DNA of 41,428 bases from Minisyncoccota bacterium (GTDB taxonomy: Bacteria > Patescibacteriota > Minisyncoccia > Phycocordibacterales > BOKC01): positions 508,783 to 550,210 of the forward strand of contig CP129473.1 of NCBI GenBank assembly GCA_030583745.1, written 5' to 3'. Each line of letters begins with the position of its first letter. Position 1 is the first letter of the stretch. Made by a program: the position numbers and the translations under genes. Below the pieces are notes generated by a model. That model did no database searches. It had not been told where the DNA came from and was given only the letters and a program-made list of their open reading frames with translations. This document shows positions 1 through 5,642 of this stretch, one piece after another.

Positions 1-97
1 TACCTTCCTGCCAATGGTTGCAGGTTCCCGAAGCATCCCTATACCCTATTGGCTATACCCTAAACCCTAACTTAACAAGTGCAATTTATCTCCACAA
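1..97 (-). repeat. Junction element copy A. The window opens inside it. It contains a relic Zn-ribbon gene 3' end, the TAGGGT/CCAAT motif and the -35 half of a promoter.
   Basis: nt 1-62 equal 2881-2942 except one base (C11 vs T2891). nt 79-95 equal 2953-2969. Read on the minus strand, 95..72 still spells VEINCTC-stop, like the end of ORF 2946..3140, with synonymous changes. Confidence 0.85.
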
Positions 98-104
98 CAG
101 TAAA

Positions 105-140
105 CACTAAAGGCCCAAGCATTGCTTTGGGCCTTTAGTG
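105..140 (-). terminator. Intrinsic terminator downstream of the Fic gene
   Basis: A 13-bp stem cactaaaggccca / tgggcctttagtg is followed on the minus strand by tttact. Confidence 0.7.
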
Positions 141-208
141 TATGGCTTTCTGCAAGTTCTAATATTCTAAGATTTCGGCAGAGATCCTGAGACTAATTAG
201 AAACCCCT

Positions 209-1354
209 TTAGATACTCTTCAGAATATTAATGAGCTTCCGATTTATGAAGACTGTTTGCTTCTGAAATGTGGCTCCTTGCTGAAGGATTCCGTATTCTT
301 TGAGAAGATTCAGGTATCTTTTACAGGTGGTCACGGGTACACCAGTACTCCTACTCACCATAGGTGCCGTGAGATACGGCTGTTTAAAAGCATAATCAAG
401 TACCATGATCATTCGCATACTTGCTGCCTGCTTTTCGACAACAGCTTTTCCATTCTTGTATAGCTCATCAATATCTAGTACGAGCTTGAGAGAAAGTTCC
501 GCTTGTCTTTGAATACCCTTGAGGAAGAACGTGAGCCACTTATACCAATCCTCTTTCTGATCCACAGCAGAAAGGGCCTTCATGTATGAAGGTTTATGTT
601 CCTCGAAATAACCGCTTGGATAAAGAATGGGCAGCGTAAGGAGACCTTCTTTTATAAGGTATAGCGTAATTAGCAGACGCCCCACTCGGCCGTTACCATC
701 TTTGAAAGGATGGATGGCCTCGAATCTGTGATGAATAACACCACAAGCAATTAACGGATTGAGTTTCCCACTATCTTGCATAAAGGCAATCAACTGCTCC
801 ATCAGCGCTGGCACATGCACTCCGTCTGGTGGAAGATACCTCGCTTTTCCTTTATCCGTGCCATCTTTACCAATCCACACTTCATCCTTTCTGAATTCGC
901 CAGGAAGTTTCTTACTCCCTCGCGCACCATGCAAGAGAGTTTTATGCATCTCCCTTATGACAAACTCACTAAGTCCATGCTTTTCAAGTCCTGCAAGCCC
1001 TTTGTACATTGCCCGTTCGTAATTCACAATCTCCTGCGCTTCGTTTCGCATCTCAACAGATTGTTCAGCAAGACCCAGCTGATACGCATCTTCTATTGAG
1101 GCCTGTGTTCCCTCGAGCTGTGAACTCGATTCGGCTTCCTTTGCCAAAACTGGCCTCATCAAAAGATCAGGGTTCTGTAAAAGACGAGCAGTCTGCCTCA
1201 AACTACCAATTGCACCTTGCGTTTGAGCAAGTTGATTTGCCAATTCTTCATCATAAATCTCCTTAAGCTTTGGGGGGAAAGTATGGCCTAAAATAATGTT
1301 TTCCTTCATCCATCCATTTTTAGCAGAAAATGGTCGGATTGGCAAGTCATCCAA
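209..1354 (-). CDS. Fic family protein (AMPylase-type) with an N-terminal inhibitory motif
   Basis: Carries the canonical Fic motif HPFKDGNGRVGR. An upstream SSQLEG fits the (S/T)xxxE(G/N) auto-inhibition helix. Length is 381 aa. It is G+C-richer than the core genes. Confidence 0.9.
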   Translation of the reverse strand: MDDLPIRPFSAKNGWMKENIILGHTFPPKLKEIYDEELANQLAQTQGAIGSLRQTARLLQNPDLLMRPVLAKEAESSSQLEGTQASIEDAYQLGLAEQSVEMRNEAQEIVNYERAMYKGLAGLEKHGLSEFVIREMHKTLLHGARGSKKLPGEFRKDEVWIGKDGTDKGKARYLPPDGVHVPALMEQLIAFMQDSGKLNPLIACGVIHHRFEAIHPFKDGNGRVGRLLITLYLIKEGLLTLPILYPSGYFEEHKPSYMKALSAVDQKEDWYKWLTFFLKGIQRQAELSLKLVLDIDELYKNGKAVVEKQAASMRMIMVLDYAFKQPYLTAPMVSRSTGVPVTTCKRYLNLLKEYGILQQGATFQKQTVFINRKLINILKSI

Positions 1355-1409
1355 CCATAAATGGTCGGATAACTTTTTGGACGTTCAAAATGCACGATTA
1401 ACGGTCGGA
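1328..1409. promoter_or_regulatory. Three direct repeats of (a)aTGGTCGGA(t) straddling the Fic start codon; possible operator
   Basis: aaatggtcggat occurs at 1328-1339 and 1359-1370, and acggtcggaat at 1401-1411. Repeat starts are spaced 31 and 40 nt apart. Confidence 0.3.
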
Positions 1410-1463
1410 ATATTTCAATCCCTTGGGACGATGCGGAGGTGGTGAGGGAGGAATTGAAGAATC

Positions 1464-1497
1464 AGGGTCTAGGGCGCAGCCAATAGCCAATAGGGTC
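1464..1497 (+). repeat. TAGGGT-repeat/CCAAT motif, copy B (inverted relative to copies A, C and D)
   Basis: cagggtctagggcgcagccaatagccaatagggt. It contains tagccaatagggt (1484-1496), the exact reverse complement of 43-55. It also contains agggtctaggg, matching the reverse complement of 31375-31385. Confidence 0.75.
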
Positions 1498-1555
1498 TAT
1501 TATTTATTGATATTTCACTGGCAAGGTAAAACCCTGTCAGTAGAATTACTATTAA

Positions 1556-1584
1556 GAAAAACCCGCGCCGCAAGGACGCTGGGG
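1556..1584 (-). terminator. Probable intrinsic terminator after the 60-aa membrane-peptide gene
   Basis: A GC-rich bulged stem cccgcgcc-GCAA-ggacgctggg is followed by a T5 run when read on the minus strand. Confidence 0.45.
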
Positions 1585-1626
1585 GGGGGACGAACAGTGC
1601 CAGCCCACAACTCCAAGTGAGAATCC

Positions 1627-1809
1627 TTACTTAGAATTCCTTGAAGTAAGGAACTGGTTGAGGCCTGAAGCAGCAGTAAGAACCAGAACGAGATTCGCGA
1701 TCCAGACGATTCTCGTGATATCCGGCCTGCCCAAAATGAACGGCAAAAAAGCATTAAACATCACGAGAATGAAGATGAGCAACAATGCGAGGAACATGCT
1801 CTTTGGCAT
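1627..1809 (-). CDS. Small hydrophobic membrane protein (60 aa, two predicted TM segments)
   Basis: An AAGGAG Shine-Dalgarno lies 9 nt upstream of the ATG. It has its own promoter (junction copy B) upstream and a terminator downstream. Confidence 0.55.
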   Translation of the reverse strand: MPKSMFLALLLIFILVMFNAFLPFILGRPDITRIVWIANLVLVLTAASGLNQFLTSRNSK

Positions 1810-1926
1810 TTGACTTACTCCTTATGAATGTCTCATCGGGCCGTGAAACGCCTACCAAGAAACCCTGATTCTGTTTGTAATATTAGCACAAACTCTTGAA
1901 ACCACAAGTTTCTATATATGCCCCCG

Positions 1927-1968
1927 ATTATACACAAAAATACCTTCCTGTCAATGGTTGCAGGTTCC
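1927..1968 (-). promoter_or_regulatory. Junction element copy B (short form) carrying a consensus sigma70 promoter
   Basis: 1941-1968 is identical to 2881-2908. The minus strand reads TTGACA (1954-1949), a 16-nt spacer, then TATAAT (1932-1927). Confidence 0.7.
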
Positions 1969-2010
1969 GCGCGATCTCTAAAACCTTACTGTGGGATTAA
2001 CCAGACAAAG

Positions 2011-2034
2011 AAAAAGCCCCGCATCGCTGCGGGA
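2011..2034 (-). terminator. Intrinsic terminator after the 189-aa ORF
   Basis: The minus strand reads cccgc-agcgat-gcggg followed by gcttttt. Confidence 0.55.
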
Positions 2035-2109
2035 CTTCTATGTCTACGTCTGATATGTTGCGACAATTTTATCGCAAGCAAAGAGCCCAAAAGTTCAGAG
2101 CGTCAAGTC

Positions 2110-2679
2110 CTAAGCGCTAACTTGCGCGGATGGTGGCGGAGGCGGAAACATGGCTCTCGCATCGAACTGGCGGTAGATGGATCGCCAGCAAGCCCAGTCG
2201 TAGTCCCAGTACAGACACCGGGCGCAGAGGATGCCATCAGGGTTGCAGTAGACCGTTCCCCAGAAGAAGATGTAATGGATGTAGCCCCGCTCATCCACCT
2301 TCCAGCTGTCGGGAATAAGGTCGGGATGAGCCAAGAGGTAGTCGAGAACGTTGGCATTCAGGAATGGCTCCTTCGCGAGCTCCTCGAGGGACTTCTTGTC
2401 ATCGATGGATTTGTTGCCCATATGATTCGGTGGGAAGGTAATCTTCTTGCCATCCAAGAACAAATCGTCGCCCTCGCGCGTGAGCTGGAGGTTGCCAGAC
2501 TTCGTGTGCTTTTCCACCTTCCAGCCGTCTGGCACGAACGGGTCGGCGCTACAGTTGATGATGTGGTTCTTGATGACAACAGCGAGCTCGTCACGAAGGA
2601 GCCGATCGACACCCTCCTCGCCACCCAGCTTGTCCCAGACGGCTTCGATGCGGCCCAAAGTGTTAGGATACTTGCTCAT
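2110..2679 (-). CDS. Hypothetical protein (189 aa) with a Trp/Tyr-rich C-terminus (FFWGTVY...CLYWDYDWACW)
   Basis: An AAGGAG SD lies 6 nt upstream of the ATG. It has a dedicated promoter and terminator. It is strongly G+C-rich. No family is recognised with confidence. Confidence 0.7.
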   Translation of the reverse strand: MSKYPNTLGRIEAVWDKLGGEEGVDRLLRDELAVVIKNHIINCSADPFVPDGWKVEKHTKSGNLQLTREGDDLFLDGKKITFPPNHMGNKSIDDKKSLEELAKEPFLNANVLDYLLAHPDLIPDSWKVDERGYIHYIFFWGTVYCNPDGILCARCLYWDYDWACWRSIYRQFDARAMFPPPPPSAQVSA

Positions 2680-2866
2680 GACATCTCCTTTCCGACTTCT
2701 AGTCGGATTTTTCTACTTACCCTACTAGGGTTCGAGTGGTTTGTGCCATTTGTGCCAGATGACGACCACACTGGTAGTCATAGCCAGAAAACCTCTATTT
2801 TAAAGGTCTTTTGGCTATGACCGCCTTTTTACAAATAGCTCTTTTAGGTACAAATTTCTGCTTTAG

Positions 2867-2969
2867 ATTATACATAAACATACCTTCCTGTCAATGGTTG
2901 CAGGTTCCCGAAGCATCCCTATACCCTATTGGCTATACCCTAGTTCTAGCAGGTGCAATTTATCTCCAC
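2867..2969 (-). promoter_or_regulatory. Junction element copy C (full form): Zn-ribbon gene 3' end, TAGGGT/CCAAT motif and a consensus promoter
   Basis: The minus strand reads TTGACA (2894-2889), a 16-nt spacer, then TATAAT (2872-2867). It is near-identical to copy A over 62 nt. Confidence 0.75.
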
Positions 2970-3140
2970 CATCCCGCACTTCTTGCACTTTAATTTCATT
3001 TTACCCGCATTAATGCACGCTCTCCAATGACTTGGATCAAAAACAGCCGAAGTTATTTTGCATTCCGGGCATTTGAAGCCGTCAACTTCCCCGCCGCAGG
3101 TTGAGCAATGTTTGCTTGAAGCAATATTTATATGACTCAT
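2946..3140 (-). CDS. Small Cys-rich zinc-ribbon protein (64 aa)
   Basis: CxxC pairs are present (CSTC, CPEC, CKKC) plus a terminal CTC. A GGGAG lies about 13 nt upstream of the ATG. Confidence 0.55.
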   Translation of the reverse strand: MSHINIASSKHCSTCGGEVDGFKCPECKITSAVFDPSHWRACINAGKMKLKCKKCGMVEINCTC

Positions 3141-3281
3141 GATTTAATTTTACTCCCTGAATAGATAATGTAAAATGACTACGAACTACTTAGTACTAAC
3201 TAAAAACTAATTCATCCTCTCAAAATTTTTGGCTGTGAAATTATGATAATAGATTTTACCCCGCCCTATTTTTTAAAAAGC

Positions 3282-3436
3282 CATCCCGCCCCAATTTCAC
3301 TTTTTCAAAACAACAGATAGTGGTTAAATGTTATTATGTTGAGTATCCCATCTGCGACAGGCTTCGCCCGGCAAAGGATGAGCTATTCGCTCACGCCTGT
3401 CGCATGTAAATCAAAAGGTGAAATTGGAGCGGGATG
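3282..3436. ncRNA. Candidate structured RNA or palindromic element (~155 nt) in the Zn-ribbon/fpg divergent spacer
   Basis: A 24-position closing helix pairs 3282-3305 with 3413-3436 (one mismatch, one wobble). An inner 10-bp stem tgcgacaggc/gcctgtcgca (3351-3360/3395-3404) contains a nested 5-bp hairpin tgagc-tattc-gctca. On the minus strand the helix is followed by a T5 run. Confidence 0.4.
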
Positions 3437-3475
3437 CTCAAAAATTATATTCATTAACATTCATTAATTTTTGGC

Positions 3476-4459
3476 ATGCCAGAACTACCCGAAGTCCACA
3501 CAACCGCAAAAATGCTAAATAATCTTCTGTCCGGACGGAAGATTTTAGATGTCTGGACAAGTTATGGAGGGGTGATTCACGAGGGCAAAAATCATATAAA
3601 AAACAGAAAATATTTTTCTGGATTTAAGAAAAAAGTTGTTGGTGAGAAAGTGAAGAGTGTCAGCCGGCGGGGTAAAAATGTTTTGATTCATCTTTCAGAC
3701 AACAAAACAATTTTAGTTCATATGAAAATGACGGGCCACTTACTTTTCGGTAGCTATCGAAAAGTAAGTGGAAACTCTAAGTCCGAAACTCTAAATTCTA
3801 AACAAGCTCAAAATTCAAAATCTAAAATTACAAACAGCTGGGAAAAAGAAAAATGGATGCCAAATGAACCGGCAAAATCACCACTTTGGGATCCTTTCAA
3901 CAGATTCGTTAGATTGGTTTTTATCCTCTCTGGCAAAAAACACTTGGTTCTCTCCGATGTTCGTAAATTTGCCAAAGTTTGCTTGATTGAAAAGGATGAA
4001 AAAACTGACATTGATACGCTTGGGCCGGAGCCACTTGAAAAAAGTTTCGGATTTTCGAATTTCAAGTTTCAACTTATGAAAAAACCAGCCTGGAAAATCA
4101 AAACCGCGCTAATGAATCAAGAACTCATCGCCGGAGTTGGAAATATTTATTCAGACGAAGTTCTTTGGCTTGCCGACATTCATCCGGAAAGCCAAGTTTC
4201 AAAAATCCCAGAGAAAAAAAAGAAAATTTTGTTTCAAGAGCTAAAAATAATTTTAAAGAAAGGAATTGAATTCAGTGGCGACTCAACATCGGACTATCGC
4301 CGGCCAGATGGTCAACGTGGGTCTTTTCAACACCACCATAAGGTTTACCAAAGAAAAGGAGAAAGGTGCCTTAAAAAGAACTGTGCCGGAACAATTTCCA
4401 GAATTGTCGTCACCGGCCGTAGCGCTCATTTCTGCCCCAAACACCAAAAAAAATACTAA
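3476..4459 (+). CDS. mutM: Formamidopyrimidine-DNA glycosylase (Fpg/MutM) with a low-complexity insertion
   Basis: It has the N-terminal MPELPEV catalytic signature and an H2TH region. A C-terminal Cys4-type zinc finger is present (C..C...C..H/C). Confidence 0.9.
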   Translation: MPELPEVHTTAKMLNNLLSGRKILDVWTSYGGVIHEGKNHIKNRKYFSGFKKKVVGEKVKSVSRRGKNVLIHLSDNKTILVHMKMTGHLLFGSYRKVSGNSKSETLNSKQAQNSKSKITNSWEKEKWMPNEPAKSPLWDPFNRFVRLVFILSGKKHLVLSDVRKFAKVCLIEKDEKTDIDTLGPEPLEKSFGFSNFKFQLMKKPAWKIKTALMNQELIAGVGNIYSDEVLWLADIHPESQVSKIPEKKKKILFQELKIILKKGIEFSGDSTSDYRRPDGQRGSFQHHHKVYQRKGERCLKKNCAGTISRIVVTGRSAHFCPKHQKKY

Positions 4460-4938
4460 ATTTCCAAAATTCTAAATAGAGCGATGCCGGTAGCTACCGA
4501 AACGTTGAGAGACTCTTTTTTACCCTTCATCGGAATTTCAGCCACAACGTCGCTTAATTTTAAAACTGATTCTGGCAGACCATCTACTTCCCCGCCCAAA
4601 ACAAAAGCGGCTTTTTCTTTGGCTGAAACTGTTTTGTAATCAACTGAATTTTTGGACTGTTCGATTGAGATAATTTGAAAACCTTCTTTTTTAAGATTTT
4701 TTAAAACTTCTAAAGAAGATTCGGCTTTCTCCCAAGGAATGTTTTTTTCAGCGCCGAGAGCAACTTTGGCCAAATCTTTTCTCGTCCGACCGAAACGATC
4801 TTTTGGAGTCGGTGTTACGCCTACTAAATAAATTTTTGAAACGCCGCAAGTATCAGCGGTTCTAAAAATAGAACCAACGTTATGAACGCTCCGAATGTCA
4901 CACAAAATTAAAACTGTATCTTTTTTACTGTTGGCCAT
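4456..4938 (-). CDS. SpoU/TrmH-family RNA 2'-O-methyltransferase
   Basis: The motifs HNVGSIFRTADTCGV and IPMKGKKESLNVSVATGIALF are typical of SPOUT methyltransferases. Confidence 0.85.
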   Translation of the reverse strand: MANSKKDTVLILCDIRSVHNVGSIFRTADTCGVSKIYLVGVTPTPKDRFGRTRKDLAKVALGAEKNIPWEKAESSLEVLKNLKKEGFQIISIEQSKNSVDYKTVSAKEKAAFVLGGEVDGLPESVLKLSDVVAEIPMKGKKESLNVSVATGIALFRILEI

Positions 4939-4959
4939 TGACTATTTTTAAGATAAAAT

Positions 4960-5370
4960 GTGAGCATGCTTAATCCTTTCCCTGAACTTTTAACTTACGG
5001 ACTTATGGCGCCATTTATTCTGCGTCTAGTTGTCGGTTACTTATTTATAAATCTTGGCTACTTGAAACTGACCTCGGAAAAGGGTCGGTGGTTATCTTCT
5101 GTCAGTTCTTTAAGATTAAAGCCGGCGGAATTTTTTGTAAAGATTTTTGCTTTGATGGAAATTATTGGTGGAGCAATGCTTTTTATCGGTCTTTACACCC
5201 AAGTCGCTGCTTTGGCTTTGGCATTTTTGACCTTTAGCGAGCTTTATGTTGAGTATAAAGAAGAAAGTTTGCTTAAAAGAAATCTGGTTTTTTATCTTTT
5301 GCTTTTTGCCATCTGCCTTTCTCTTCTTTTTTCTGGAGCGGGTTTCTTGGCTTTTGACTTGCCGCTTTAG
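4960..5370 (+). CDS. DoxX-family membrane protein
   Basis: It has four hydrophobic segments. The LRLVVGYLFINLGYLKL pattern is typical of DoxX. Confidence 0.55.
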   Translation: MSMLNPFPELLTYGLMAPFILRLVVGYLFINLGYLKLTSEKGRWLSSVSSLRLKPAEFFVKIFALMEIIGGAMLFIGLYTQVAALALAFLTFSELYVEYKEESLLKRNLVFYLLLFAICLSLLFSGAGFLAFDLPL

Positions 5371-5408
5371 AATTTTTTGATATATTTTAGTTTTGTAAAT
5401 CTGCCTAA

Positions 5409-5555
5409 AGCTGTTTTGGTAGGTATGAAGTTAGTTATTTCCGATTATAGCTGTTTTGGTAGGTATGAAGTTAGTTATTTCCGCTTATAGCTGTTTTGGT
5501 AGGTATGAAGTTTATTATTTCCGATTATAGCTGTTTTGGTAGGTAGGTATGAAGT
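5409..5555 (+). repeat. 40-nt tandem repeat, about 3.6 copies, immediately upstream of tRNA-Lys
   Basis: The unit agctgttttggtaggtatgaagttagttatttccgattat starts at 5409, 5449, 5489 and 5529. The last copy is partial and carries a ggta duplication. Full units differ by 1-2 substitutions each. Confidence 0.9.
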
Positions 5556-5565
5556 AAAAATATAT

Positions 5566-5638
5566 CCGCCCATAGCTCAATTGGTAGAGCAGTTGACTTT
5601 TAATCAATTGGTTGTAGGTTCGAGTCCTACTGGGCGGA
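5566..5638 (+). tRNA. tRNA-Lys (anticodon UUU), no encoded CCA
   Basis: A manual cloverleaf fits. The acceptor stem is ccgccca/tgggcgg and the D stem gctc/gagc. The anticodon stem gttga/tcaat carries the loop cTTTTaa. The T arm is gtagg-ttcgagt-cctac and the discriminator is A. Confidence 0.9.
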
Positions 5639-5642
5639 CAAG

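Noticed and set aside
44-70. Telomere-like CCCTAA repeats (ccctaaaccctaa), also at 30996-31008 and 31375-31388
   Set aside because: Only two units occur per site, and they are embedded in a longer specific motif. They lie internal to the sequence and next to ordinary bacterial genes. There is no array, so this is not evidence for a linear-replicon telomere.
1918-2820. 300-aa plus-strand ORF, the longest ORF in this stretch
   Set aside because: It is a shadow ORF on the opposite strand of the G+C-rich 189-aa gene. It has no SD and runs through the junction promoter, a terminator hairpin and the neighbouring leader. Its translation is low-complexity and Arg/Pro/Ala-biased. The minus-strand ORF has an AAGGAG SD, a promoter and a terminator.
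1-3300. Dismissing the G+C-rich left end as a chimeric assembly join
   Set aside because: This cannot be excluded without reads. However, the junction motif (ccctattggctataccctaRaccctaa) recurs at 31361-31388 inside the A+T-rich core. This argues that both parts belong to the same genome, so it is kept as a finding with that caveat.
3282-3436. Identification as SRP RNA, tmRNA, RNase P RNA or a tRNA-like integration target
   Set aside because: I could not find the conserved SRP domain IV motif (GGAA tetraloop with AGCA/GGA loops), the RNase P P4 signature, or a tRNA-like acceptor/T-arm. The class is left open.
5409-5555. Possible CRISPR array
   Set aside because: The whole 40-nt unit repeats head-to-tail with no unique spacers. 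There are no cas genes nearby apart from a Cas2-fold-like domain 7 kb away. It is a plain tandem repeat.
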